DNA of 64,000 bases. Source: an uncultured delta proteobacterium. GTDB taxonomy: Bacteria; Bdellovibrionota; FAC87; UBA2466. Position numbers and translations under genes: made by a program. Where the stretch lies: contig CAVZSV010000004.1 in the NCBI GenBank assembly GCA_963778115.1, forward strand, positions 2,240,001-2,304,000. Direction: 5' to 3'. Below, piece after piece: positions 10,534 to 20,900 of the stretch (positions within the stretch are counted from its first letter, which is position 1; the number at the start of each line of letters is the position of its first letter). The notes beneath the pieces are model-generated. The model did not search any database. It had not been told where the DNA came from and saw nothing but the letters and a program-made list of their open reading frames with translations.

Positions 10534-11046
10534 TTAATTCTCTACTTCGAAGCGGTGCAGCTCTTCGGCGACTTTTCTGCGATTATAAAGCGCCACTTTC
10601 GGTCCTTCCAGGGGCTGATGAACGTCTTTGGTGAAATAGCCATTGGTAAAGAAAAACCCTTTAGTGCTTCCGACACTCTTCACGAAATCTTTGAATTCAA
10701 GAAGATCAGTAAGCTTCACGTAACGGTTCTTTTCATCGGTGAGAAAAAGACAAAGCACATAGTTTCCGAAAAAGAACTCATTCTTACTCTCAGCGATCCA
10801 ATAGATTTCGCTGGGGGTATTTTTCATCCGGTCCTTAATAGTAAGCCCGTTTTTTTCACAGAGTTTTTCGGCCAGCTGTTCCAGTTCGCCAAGCCCTACG
10901 GACTGAGTAAGATCAGCGTCTTTCTCGGAATCCTCCTCGGGCGGCGCCATGGCTCCCCCGTCGGGAACGTGTTGTCGGGTGATAGCAACGGCAAGAAAGA
11001 TAGCAAAAGCGATAGCCGCAAAACAAAGAAAGAAAATATTAAACAT
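10534..11046 (-). CDS. Membrane-anchored Mrr-like restriction-endonuclease-fold protein, catalytic motif degenerate
   Basis: N-terminal TM; LEQLAEKLCEKNG and KGFFFTNGYFTKD...VALYNRRKVAEEL resemble Mrr_cat; no D...(Q/E)xK motif. Confidence 0.6.
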   Translation of the reverse strand: MFNIFFLCFAAIAFAIFLAVAITRQHVPDGGAMAPPEEDSEKDADLTQSVGLGELEQLAEKLCEKNGLTIKDRMKNTPSEIYWIAESKNEFFFGNYVLCLFLTDEKNRYVKLTDLLEFKDFVKSVGSTKGFFFTNGYFTKDVHQPLEGPKVALYNRRKVAEELHRFEVEN

Positions 11047-11917
11047 ATGAATTATTGATGACCTCTCCTAGGCCACCTGCTCCTGGAACAATGTATTGTT
11101 TGGAATTTAACCCCTTCTCTTGATTGGAATGCGTCCCGGGGACGGTATTAAATACGCTAGGCGTGCTTAGCCCTCGATCAAGGCGAATGGCGTAGACCTT
11201 AAGATCGGGGTAGTCCTTAGTGACTTTGGCGATGTACTCGGGAGTCACAATGAGATGCATCGCGATGTACTTTTTTGCTTTACCCAAAGGTTGATAGATC
11301 TCCATGGCGGCTTCGATGGTGGAACCTGTGGCTCCCATGGGATCAGGAATGACAACGATTCTATCCTGAACGTCGCCGCCAATTTTGACGCCCCCTAAGT
11401 TGGTTCCCACCACCCGCTCTTGGGCATCTACCTTGCGATTGATGCTGATGTGATCCTGGCGAACCCCGCTCGGATTAAGAATGTAATTAAAAGCGTCAAA
11501 GCAGATTTGAGACGGGATGGTTCCAGCCCTTGCCAGATTCACGCAAGCGACTTTGGTTTCAGGATCAATAGTGCGTGCTTTGAAGGTTCCTTCGGGGTGT
11601 TGGCCTGCCATACGGGTTACGATAGTGGCTTCACACGTCGGAAATTCGCAATTCACAACGGTCTTAACGAGCTCTCGATAAAGAATGTAGAGAAGCTGGT
11701 TGACCGTGGGTTGCTTACAATCAGGATGTCCCAACCGCGTGAGGGTCGTAAATAGATAGGGATCCGCCAGTAAGTGGATATGGGAACCGTACCGGTGCTC
11801 CGCTTCCGAAAGATGATACTTTGCTTGGAGATACTGTGAATCTTGCAACATGACGTGCCGCCAAGAGTTCTCCGGGAAGGCAGCAAAGTCAAGCCGGTGG
11901 CTCGTGACAGGTAGCAT
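11039..11917 (-). CDS. upp: Uracil phosphoribosyltransferase
   Basis: LARAG, PRPP-binding VIPDPMGATGST, YIVPGAGGLGE. Confidence 0.85.
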   Translation of the reverse strand: MLPVTSHRLDFAAFPENSWRHVMLQDSQYLQAKYHLSEAEHRYGSHIHLLADPYLFTTLTRLGHPDCKQPTVNQLLYILYRELVKTVVNCEFPTCEATIVTRMAGQHPEGTFKARTIDPETKVACVNLARAGTIPSQICFDAFNYILNPSGVRQDHISINRKVDAQERVVGTNLGGVKIGGDVQDRIVVIPDPMGATGSTIEAAMEIYQPLGKAKKYIAMHLIVTPEYIAKVTKDYPDLKVYAIRLDRGLSTPSVFNTVPGTHSNQEKGLNSKQYIVPGAGGLGEVINNSYV

Positions 11918-12122
11918 GGAACGCCGCCCTATTTTGCGTTTCCGGCATCGCTTGACCAGGGACCAAACTTTATCTACTAATCGAAGATACCCCCCACTCT
12001 GAAGATGACTCGGGCCGGCTCTTTTGCTCTTTTTCTCTTGTAGACCCGACGGATTTTGTCTTCTTTTAGAAGGGGGGCGAAGATGATGGTTTGGGGTCGC
12101 AACAAATTACGAAGACACTACT

Positions 12123-12695
12123 ATGATGCAGCTTAGTTTAGGACTCGACGAGTACGTAGTTTTTGACTTGGAAACCACAGGCCTTTCTCCCTGGGGCGGC
12201 GACGAGATCATTGAAATCGGCGCTATGAAGGTCTTTGGGAACGATATTGACGAAGAGAACTGTTTCCATTCTCTGGTCAATCCCAAGCGGCTAATCCCCA
12301 CAGAAGCCAGTCGAGTCAACGGCATCACTAACGAGATGGTAGCCGGAGCCCCCCATTTAGAAGACGTGCTGCCTAAATTTTTGGACTACATCGGGGGCGC
12401 TTGGTTAGTCGCGCAGAATGCGAAATTTGATATGGCGTTTGTGATGAAGTCTTTGGTGCAGCAGAAGGTTCAGCGAAATCTCGAAGTTTATGACACCATG
12501 ATCTTTTCGCGTAGGGCATTTCCCACGGAATCCTCCCACAATCTAGACATGATCGCGAAACGATTAGGGCTTCAAATTATCGAAGCCGAACGCCATCGCT
12601 CCCTGGGTGACGTAAAGCTTACCGCCAAAGCTTTCGTAAAGCTCAAAGAGATCTTGGGCGACAAATGTCCTCCCCGCGAGAAGTGGTCGGTATAG
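12123..12695 (+). CDS. DEDDh 3'-5' exonuclease (DnaQ/PolC-exonuclease-like)
   Basis: VFDLETTG, VAQNAKFD, HRSLGDV. Confidence 0.9.
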   Translation: MMQLSLGLDEYVVFDLETTGLSPWGGDEIIEIGAMKVFGNDIDEENCFHSLVNPKRLIPTEASRVNGITNEMVAGAPHLEDVLPKFLDYIGGAWLVAQNAKFDMAFVMKSLVQQKVQRNLEVYDTMIFSRRAFPTESSHNLDMIAKRLGLQIIEAERHRSLGDVKLTAKAFVKLKEILGDKCPPREKWSV

Positions 12696-12732
12696 CCTTC
12701 TCGATAGTGCGCTGCTATCCTAAGCTTTCTTC

Positions 12733-13413
12733 ATGAAGGCAAAACCCAATACCTCTTTCACCTGGCCTCTAGCTATCTTGGCGGGCTTTTTCATGGTCTG
12801 CTTATGGGGTCTCGTTGATGTTTACGGCCCTTGGCGTGGCGATCTTAAACATTTCGACCCGGAAGTTTCAGCCAAACTAGAAACCAACTCATGGCGTGCC
12901 TATTACGAAAAAAGATACTGGGCATTGTTCTTGAGCACGTTTCAAATGTTTAGGGACCAACAGGGAATGCCTCCCGTGCGTTCTTTAATGAGTGCTTATG
13001 AAAGTGCGGAGGCAGCATTTCTTTTCAAACAAGGGCGTCGTCGCTCGGATTACGCGAAGGCGTTGCCTTATCTAAAGAGTTATTTCGCAAATATCTGCCG
13101 AACGGGCGGCTATGAGAGAAACATTCAGAGTCTAGCGAACCGTGAATTAGACTGGTGGATTATCCATCGGGAACGCGGCCGTCATGGAGAGACCGCACTC
13201 GTTCGAGCCATCGCGGATGTGTCAGCCGAACTCTATTCCCAACCTTGGGAAACCATGGTTCCTTACGCCAGGCTCAAAGCCCAGGCCATGCTAGAGCGCA
13301 CGGAAAGAGATCAAGCGCGAGGCATGTCCGATGCTGACTGGGAAGAGATAGAAGGCCTTCTGAAATCTTCCTACCAAGCGCTTTTTCAATCGCTAAACAA
13401 AAACGGAAATTAG
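12733..13413 (+). CDS. Hypothetical membrane-anchored protein
   Basis: 226-aa ORF with N-terminal TM; LETNSWRAYY and ELDWWIIHR motifs; no family recognised. Confidence 0.7.
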   Translation: MKAKPNTSFTWPLAILAGFFMVCLWGLVDVYGPWRGDLKHFDPEVSAKLETNSWRAYYEKRYWALFLSTFQMFRDQQGMPPVRSLMSAYESAEAAFLFKQGRRRSDYAKALPYLKSYFANICRTGGYERNIQSLANRELDWWIIHRERGRHGETALVRAIADVSAELYSQPWETMVPYARLKAQAMLERTERDQARGMSDADWEEIEGLLKSSYQALFQSLNKNGN

Positions 13414-13417
13414 AGCA

Positions 13418-14818
13418 CTATTTCTTTTCGAACCTATTTCGGATGGTAGCGTCATCTGCCTCAGCGGAAATGGCGGTCCAAAACCGACAATCCCCACTAA
13501 CCCGATCTGACTGGGTGGCGCTGCCCTTACCCCACGCATCGGTCATGGCGATGGTACGGCTCCCCTTAGTGAGCTTTAGCCCTTGATCAGCGAGTTCCGA
13601 TATTTTGCCAAGAAGTTTTTTGGATTGCTCGGTCGCCCCATATTCATCCACGATAACCACATCAGGACCTAATTTAGCGGCAACCTTTTTCATCTCGGTT
13701 TGGAAAGCGTCTATCTCCGGCTGGCGTTTTTTTCGATCTTCCTCGTCTTTTATTTGATTGGCTAAATAAGTCTTATTGCTTTGTCGGCGAGTATCGGGAC
13801 TGGAGTCTTGCTGCGCTTTGATAGCTTTATCGAGCGCATCTCTGGCAACATTTGTCTTGGTCAGTTCCCGGAGGGCTATCATCTCTTCGATCGCCTCTTT
13901 GCCTTCATGGACGGGAATTTTAGTTAAAGCGTCGGCGATTTGTGCTTCGGTGGCGTTCGAAGGAATCATAAGATTTCCATTCGAAAAGGTTATCTCTTTG
14001 GTGAAAGAGGCTTCGGGATCGACCACCATCGCTTGAGTTAACATGCTTTTTTCCACGTCGAAGGTGGAAAGAGCAGCCCGAAGCTTTTTTAATATTTCGG
14101 TCTCGGTGCGCAACGGAGCCATCGCGCCAGCCATTTGAGAATTAAATCCAAGTCCGTACTTAGAGGTGATGTCACTTTTGACATCGAAATTCTCAGCGCG
14201 CTGTTTTTGAAACTCTTCAAAAGGCGGAATAGTTTCCAAATGCGCTTTGACATCGCTCCAAAGCATATCGGTTCCGATATTGAGCGTTCCCAGGGAGTCG
14301 GGTCCTGTTAATCCCTGCGGTCCCATAGCATTCAGATGAGAAATCGATTTAGCGGCATCGGGAGTCTTCTCTAAAAAGGCATTCACATTTTTTAGAATTT
14401 TTTCTCTTTTTTCCCATGTGGCGAGCGGCTCGTAACTGGGATTGTAAGACGAATAGGAGACGACTCCTTTAAGGCGAAGTTTTCTTTCTTCCTCGCAGAC
14501 TCTTTTTTGGACATCTTCTAAAGCGGCTGCTTCCGATCGTGGTGGTTTCTCGGAGGGAGCGCTTTGTACGTTACTCGTACTGGCCGAAGGACTTTGGCTC
14601 GGCACTCCGTGGTTTGCGGGAGCTGGCGTGGTCGCCTTGGCGGTTGTCGCGGTTTGGCTCTGTTGACTACACGAGTAGCCCGAGCAGCTCTGTCTTCTCG
14701 ATCTAATCCATCGCACTACCGGCCCATTAAACAGCTCCGCCTGGGCGTTAACGCCAAGCGCACAAAGGACTCCTAACGAAATCAAAACTCCAAAAGATAG
14801 CTTCACTTTTTCCCCCAA
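13418..14818 (-). CDS. Hypothetical secreted protein with Ser/Thr/Pro linker and weak internal repeats
   Basis: 466-aa ORF, signal peptide ending VNAQA, low-complexity linker. Confidence 0.7.
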   Translation of the reverse strand: MGEKVKLSFGVLISLGVLCALGVNAQAELFNGPVVRWIRSRRQSCSGYSCSQQSQTATTAKATTPAPANHGVPSQSPSASTSNVQSAPSEKPPRSEAAALEDVQKRVCEEERKLRLKGVVSYSSYNPSYEPLATWEKREKILKNVNAFLEKTPDAAKSISHLNAMGPQGLTGPDSLGTLNIGTDMLWSDVKAHLETIPPFEEFQKQRAENFDVKSDITSKYGLGFNSQMAGAMAPLRTETEILKKLRAALSTFDVEKSMLTQAMVVDPEASFTKEITFSNGNLMIPSNATEAQIADALTKIPVHEGKEAIEEMIALRELTKTNVARDALDKAIKAQQDSSPDTRRQSNKTYLANQIKDEEDRKKRQPEIDAFQTEMKKVAAKLGPDVVIVDEYGATEQSKKLLGKISELADQGLKLTKGSRTIAMTDAWGKGSATQSDRVSGDCRFWTAISAEADDATIRNRFEKK

Positions 14819-15007
14819 TCCCCTTTTCGCGATACGCTGGGTTTAGTTGCAAGGCGATGCCACTGTATTCTCGGCGCTGGATTCAGCGGGCAAGTGGAGA
14901 CGTTTTCTTGGAGAATACAAAAGGAAGGGCCGATAAGAGTCTATTAAGGATGAAGATTCAATTATTCGAATAGCTCGAGAGCAGATGATTCCGGTTTAGA
15001 CGAAAGC

Positions 15008-15130
15008 TTAGGCAGCCTTTAACTTTTCCATGGTGGGCTCCCAAACGATGGAGCAATCGCGTCCCACGTGCTTAGCTTCGTAAAGAGCGATGTCGGCGCG
15101 GTGAATTTGGGTGGCCAGGTCGTACTCTCC
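15008..15130 (-). pseudogene. C-terminal relic of a GGDEF diguanylate cyclase
   Basis: LATQIHRADIALYEAKHVGRD matches the GGDEF C-terminal AD.ALY.AK..GR motif; no GGDEF core upstream. Confidence 0.6.
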
Positions 15131-15341
15131 GGGGCAATTTCCGCTAGTCTTTCCCTCGGAAGCAAAGCAGATAAGAAGTGCGGCATTTACCCTCCACCCG
15201 GAAATCCGATTTGATGGCCCACCCGCCAGTCTTCCGCCCCTCCAAGAAGTCACCGTAAAATCAAACTTACCTCTCGAAGTACACTCGCAGACGCCCCAAG
15301 CCTATAAGTTTTGAACCTAATCAAAAGGCATCCGATACATT

Positions 15342-16322
15342 CTAAAAATTCGCCTTGCGACCTTCCGGGCAGACTTGCTCCCAGATCGGCATTTTGGTTT
15401 TCCAACCGTCGGCTTCGTTGGGATAGTAGCGAGGAATGATCTCACGCATCGGTTCGCCATCTAAATCACGGCTTATTTGGTAGACGGGATTGAATACGGT
15501 GCCCCCTCCAGCCCACGTAAAGCCCATTGGCAAAAAGGGTTCCAGCCCCAGTCGCGCGTCGATAGCACGAAGAAGAGCGATACTATCCAGGCTGCCGTAA
15601 CTAATGCCTCCGAAGAGACTAAGGCCGCCAAGAGCAGTATTCAGCGTGTTTGGTATTCCACTTCGTTGACTCATTACCAGAACCAAGCCTCCGTTGGGGA
15701 TGATGGGAAGTGATAGATTAAGATCGCTTCCTTCGGCGGTTCCAATGCTCTGGCTTAGTCGATCTTGATCCACCATGATCCCAGCTGCCTTTGAGGTTTC
15801 GACTAGAAATTTAGCGATGGCCTGCACTTTGGCATAGTAAATTTTTAGTTTTGGAATATCGATCGCAGTGGGTAACTGCGCGGGTAATTTTACAGTCTCT
15901 TCAATGTTAATGGGATTTGCCACGATCGAGTGAGAACTCCGGTTGGGATAAACACTCGCAAGAATAATGTGTCGAAAATTCGTCGGAAGTTCTCCTTTGG
16001 GGCTGACATAACCCAACTCAATAAAATCCGTCAGATCGTCTTGTAAATGGGTCTTCGGATCCCGGGCTAATTGATAGAGTTTGCTAAGTCGCCCTGGCTG
16101 GGAGGCATTCATATTCTTCAACACCGAAAAGAGCCTTCGAACCTGTATTTTTGGAGCCAGAAATCCGTTGGTCAGAATGACATAAGGGGTTTGTGGGTTT
16201 GTCTCAAGGCCGATGTCGACCTCACAGCCGTCGGTTGCCGACCATCCGGTTGAAGAGAAAGCGGATATCAGAAGGCCCAAGAACCATACGTAGGACGACG
16301 TCATTTTAACCATGCGGAGCAT
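15342..16322 (-). CDS. Hypothetical secreted protein
   Basis: Long ORF; signal-peptide-like segment after MLRMVKMTSSYVWFLG; the track start at 16436 is probably too early. Confidence 0.6.
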   Translation of the reverse strand: MLRMVKMTSSYVWFLGLLISAFSSTGWSATDGCEVDIGLETNPQTPYVILTNGFLAPKIQVRRLFSVLKNMNASQPGRLSKLYQLARDPKTHLQDDLTDFIELGYVSPKGELPTNFRHIILASVYPNRSSHSIVANPINIEETVKLPAQLPTAIDIPKLKIYYAKVQAIAKFLVETSKAAGIMVDQDRLSQSIGTAEGSDLNLSLPIIPNGGLVLVMSQRSGIPNTLNTALGGLSLFGGISYGSLDSIALLRAIDARLGLEPFLPMGFTWAGGGTVFNPVYQISRDLDGEPMREIIPRYYPNEADGWKTKMPIWEQVCPEGRKANF

Positions 16323-16381
16323 ATAGTTCGCCTTTAAACGGAAAGGAAGTCTAAACTGGCAAGGAACCGAATTTATGCGTA

Positions 16382-16426
16382 AAGTTGCCACGGCAACTTG
16401 TTTAAAGCACTTAAATCCATTAGACA
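16382..16426 (+). promoter_or_regulatory. Palindrome plus possible original tRNA-Arg promoter
   Basis: AAGTTGCC-ac-GGCAACTT (16382-16399) overlapping TTGTTT-17-TAGACA (16398-16426), 11 bp before the leftmost tRNA 5' fragment. Confidence 0.3.
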
Positions 16427-16437
16427 TAACACACAAA

Positions 16438-16454
16438 GGGCGGTTAGCTTAGTT
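16438..16454 (+). repeat. Leftmost truncated tRNA-Arg 5' fragment (putative eroded attL)
   Basis: GGGCGGTTAGCTtAGTT, 16/17 identical to the tRNA-Arg 5' end at 25665. Confidence 0.7.
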
Positions 16455-16456
16455 AC

Positions 16457-16678
16457 GTACAGTTTCTTGATCACAATCCCCCGCACATTCACGCGGTCTA
16501 TAGCGGAAACAAAGCTTCGTATAGAATCGACACTGCGGAAATTTTGGCTGGGAAAATGACGCCACGAGCACATAAACTCATTCAGGAATGGATCGGTTTG
16601 CACAGAGACGAATTGATGAAAGTGTGGGTTCTGGCGAGCAAGGGGGAACAGGTATTTCCGATTCCGCCTTTGGAATAG
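16457..16678 (+). pseudogene. 5'-truncated DUF4160-family protein (putative toxin-antitoxin component)
   Basis: Manual translation VQFLDHNPPHIHAVYSGNKASYRIDT...IQEWIGLHRDELMKVW...IPPLE*; DH.PPH.H hallmark; no start codon, 5' end abuts the tRNA fragment. Confidence 0.8.
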
Positions 16679-16689
16679 GAGGAGAATTT

Positions 16690-16937
16690 ATGATTACAGC
16701 CGCAAAATATCTCGAGATTACTAATGTAAAATGGGTTGGCAAATTTCGTCTTTCACTCGACTTCAACGATGGAGCGTCAAAGGAAGTGGATCTCTCCAAA
16801 CTTCTTGCGTTTCCCCCCCCGTTTTTCGACCTCTTATTGATGAAAGGGCATTCGCAAGAGTGTCTGTTAACCCCGTCGGCGGAATTTGTTGGGAGTGTGG
16901 CGCCGATCTGTCAGCAGAATACCTCTACTCTCTATAA
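16690..16937 (+). pseudogene. DUF2442-family protein, frameshifted at a C8 tract
   Basis: RBS GGAGG then MITAAKYLEITNV...LSLDFNDGASKEVDLS; after 16813-16820 (C8) the domain continues in another frame VFRPLIDERAF...GICWECGADLSAEYLY*. Confidence 0.8.
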
Positions 16938-17016
16938 ACTTTTCTATCATCGAGTCGGAATATTATGTTTCCCCAATGGGCCTATCGCGGGCCTGCTATG
17001 GGTACTCCCCTGGTAT

Positions 17017-17297
17017 CTACTCAATGTTTTCTTCGGAATGAAGTGACTCTTTGTTAATGAGATAGATCGATCCGTTCTCGGTTCTGGCGAGAATAGCCGT
17101 ACCGTTTTTTATTAACTCCTTTACGTTCCGGAGCCCTGGGATCATGGTTGGCGTTCCGTCAGAATCCGCTATCGAAAACACTAAACCATCATGAAGAAAA
17201 TACACTTCGTGACCTATTTTCACGCTTGAAAGAAGAGAAACTGCCGGCCCAACGGCATCCATCTGAACGTTATTTGACTCGCTCAACCCTCCGACGG
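17017..17297 (-). pseudogene. Gene fragment with one RCC1-like repeat
   Basis: PTMIPGLRNVKELIKNGTAILARTENGSIY; its 5' end runs into the duplicated segment at 17298. Confidence 0.35.
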
Positions 17298-17430
17298 CCC
17301 TATGATTCGGGGAATGCGAGCAGGACATCCCAAGCCTGAACTCTTCTATAAGTATATAAGGGATTCCAATCCAAACGTACGCGCATCAGCCCTTTACGCA
17401 ATTCTCACGTATGTAACTTTAACAAATTAG
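17298..17430 (+). pseudogene. Relic copy of the last 43 codons of the HEAT-repeat gene
   Basis: 133 bp matching 21035-21167 with 4 substitutions; encodes PMIRGMRAGHPKPELFYKYIRDSNPNVRASALYAILTYVTLTN*. Confidence 0.9.
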
Positions 17431-17446
17431 AATAATGCATTTGCTT

Positions 17447-17818
17447 GTTCCCAAATCGCTCAACAACGAAGGGGTGGACCAAGCAACGGAGTCATGCTAA
17501 CTATCCAACGTTATTCGCCTTTCGAATAAAAGGGCGGTTAGCTCAGTTGGCCCCAGGGAGCGACAGCGACCGGAGATGATGGCCGCAATTGCGCATCTGG
17601 CGAGCGGCAGCAACGATATCGAAGGCGAAGTATTTTAAAAGGGCGGTTAGCTCAGTTGGATAGAGCGCAAGCCTCCGAAGCAGTTCTAGAAAAAACTCAA
17701 AGACCCTAAACTAGGCACAAACTAATAACAAATCACCAACTTGTGATGACCCGCGTCTTCTGGTTCTTACCAGTTAAAACTGGATGATTTGAGTCGATAT
17801 GTTCCCAATGTGTTCCCA
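17447..17818 (+). repeat. attP-like junction 1 (left arm + 109-bp insert + 41-bp tRNA core + right arm)
   Basis: GTTCCCA at 17447; tRNA copies 17532-17550 and 17641-17681; IHF-like AATCACCAACTTG at 17731; GTTCCCA twice at 17801/17812. 17488-17681 equals 25512-25705 with 1 mismatch. Confidence 0.85.
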
Positions 17819-17975
17819 CTTCCCGGGACCTATTTCGGGATATACGCAGCATTACCTCTGGGCCACCTCACTCCATTTATGACGGTTCAGGAATAAAGGG
17901 AACTCTTAGTTCACACTAGTAGCGAAACCACAGGATGTGCTAGGTTCTCCCGCGTTATTGATAGAGAGGTGCTTC

Positions 17976-20900
17976 GTGAAGAGGTTCCACGTTGTGGTAT
18001 GGTTTTCGTTTCTGGCGGCCGGATGTTCCCAAGATGCTCGTTTATCCGATGGTCAAATCCCGACACCAAACGAGAGTAAAGAGCACCATCTTCCCGACGT
18101 CGTTCGCCCTGTTCCCGAAGTCCTACAAACGGAGTCCACTGAGACTGGGCTATCGGCGGCAGGCCAAGCTGAGTATGAAACACGTGAAAATCAGTTGGCT
18201 GAACCATCCGCGGAGGGTTGGAAAGAGAGCATTCAACGTTATCTGGTAGATCGAACTGATGTTGCCGCTCGTACTGCGCGAGTAGGAGTAATTATACTGG
18301 GGAGTTCTGAATCAATTCCGCCTGAAACTTTGGTTCAGATTATTCAAGCAAAGTTCACGCCGTTTGGAAATGGGCCCCAAAGACCGTTCCAGAATCTAAG
18401 AAGAGCAGCGATCCGTGCTTTGGCGCACATTGATAGAAATCATCCCGTCCTGACGGAAACAGCTTCTAACCCGATAGAGAACTTTCGTGTTCGGGGGGCG
18501 TCACTCGCAGAACTGGCTGCAGATCCAACCCTTAAACACAATGATCTCATTTCACATATCTTACGGGACCCAAATGAGCACTTCGTTATGCGCATGCGTG
18601 CCGCGTTCCTCCTGATAAATCAAAAGAAAACACCTTCTCTCGATCTAGTATTGAATTATATACAAGCGGAAAGTGTGGATGAAGTTGGAAGATCTGTCGC
18701 CGCTTTTGCCTTGGGGTTCTGCGGTGACTCCCGGTGCGATAGGTCCCTTCTTCGGACAGTCGCGGACCGATCGGTCCCCACGGTCGTGCGATGTTTTGCT
18801 GCCTATTCCTATCATCGCCGCCCGATGAACGAGACCACATTTGAGCTTCTAAGCAAAATATTGGTCGACGAATCGGAATCAATAGACTTGAGAGAACAGA
18901 TCGCTCTAAGCTTTCTGCACTCGCGGACTCCTTTGGCACTGCCAATCTTAAATTTAATGAAGGGACGTAACGATCGTGTTGGAGCTGCTGCAAGGGGAGA
19001 GGTCTTTTCTGAATGGAGATCGAAAAATTCAGAGGGATCGAACGATGGCGTTGCCAGCTTATCTGAAACAGAAAGGGCGCAGCTAAGGAATGAAATGTTG
19101 CTCACACTAAACAACTCCAATAACAATTCGGACGCAACGACTGCCGTCTCGGTCTTAGTCAAAGCAGGTCTCATCAGGCCTGCCGATGGGCCCTTACTGT
19201 TAGATTCTAAATACGCCGGCTGGATGGCGTCGGTAACCGACGACGGTCTTAATTCAACGGTGGAAAATCCGATGATTGATGCCTTGGTTGTTGCGGAACA
19301 ATCTGCAAAGCCCAAACTTATAGAGCTGCTTGCTTCTTTGCGCGGTCCACGCCTATCATTGGCCGTTGATACGCTCTTGAAGATGGGTTCGTTACCGACA
19401 ATCGCAGAAACGAAACTTCGAGCACTAATTATCGAGCCTCAACTTCCGTGGTACCAACGACGAGCGGTCATCCAATTAGTGGAAAAGTTAGAAGGTTTTC
19501 CAAGCCAAGATACCCTGAGGCTTCTAAGAGATCGTTTGGATGACGAGGATCCCGGAGTGGCGATACTCGCGTTACGGGCTTTAGTCGACTTTAAGCAGCT
19601 AACAGTAGAAGAGGGTGCTAATCAGGGATTTCGAATCGCTAAAGCCGCGCTCGCTCGCGACCCGAAGGAGTTGGATTATTCCGATGAGGTCTTACAGGCA
19701 ACGCAGTTCACCACACATGACCAATCGGTTGAATTGCTAAATAGCCTCGCCAAAACGGGAAGTCTTAGAGGGAGGGTGAAGGCAGTTCGACAGCTGAATT
19801 CTCTAGGGGGCTTGAGAGAGGAGTTATTTCACCAAGTACGAACTGCCTTCGATGAATACGTGCGCGATTCGAAGGGGCCCACTGCCGGTCTGACCGACGC
19901 CATTGATGTCCTTAAAACTGATATTTTCCCCTTGAGTAGATTAGGAGCTGCTCAGATTGTTCGAAGGCTACGCGATAAATCATGGGAGGAGACTGAATCG
20001 GCTCTTACTGGGATTACGGTGTCGTCCGATAACGCCTCGATTCTTTCGGACCTTATTCTGCGTCACCCATCCGAGGCTTTACCTTATCTTAAGCGGCTCC
20101 TTGCGTACGACGAACACGAGTTTCATCAAGCTCCCAAGGTTCTACTGGCGATTTGTGCTCTGAGTAAAATGGAGAACCCTCCCCGGATAGTTTCAGTACC
20201 ACGACTGGAGGGCCTTCTCGAACGAGGGTACGAATCGAACGGGATTTATACGGAGGCTTTGGGGCCTGTTTACGCTTTACTGAAGAAGTATGGTCTCGAT
20301 CCCTTGGCATCGTTAGTCCGTGCATTTAGAGATCCGATGAACCTCTACGAACGTACAGAGGCGATGTCCTTTCTGGGAACTCTCGGTAGAGAGGCTTCCT
20401 CAATTGCGGTTGATATTCGGGCGCTACTTGAGAAGTACCAACCTAACGTTGATCGCAACCAGCTCGAGATAGAATGGCTACTAGCGGCCTCTAGCGCAAA
20501 GACTCTATCAAAAGTTGATCCGAAAATGTTTGCGGAAGAGTTTCCTGCGCTAGAACGCAAGCTGTTGGAAGATGATCACGTAGATAATTTCTTAAGCTAC
20601 TTCGACGAAAAGATTCCGTACTTGCCATTAGCGATGATCTATTGGGATATCGAGGATGAAAAAGCCCACCCGCAAAGCCTGAGTTCCTACGGAATTCTGA
20701 ATCTTCATTTACGAGAATATCTCAAATCTAGAAATTACGAAAATCAGGACCGGCTAAACCAATCTCTTCGTGATTGCTACCTATTAGGCTATCGTGTGCC
20801 TATGGATTTAGCCGCAGATTATGAAGATTACGCCAAGTGGATTCATTCGAACGACTTTTTTGAGATACGAGCCTATACCTATTTTCTAGCCGAACGAGGT

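Noticed and set aside
14849..14862. Sigma-54-like TGGCATCGCCTTGC upstream of the 466-aa gene
   Set aside because: GG to GC spacing is 9 nt rather than the required 10.
16588..17046. 152-aa ORF from the track as a real gene
   Set aside because: It is a chimera of an off-frame DUF4160 overlap, the DUF2442 N-terminus and post-frameshift nonsense.
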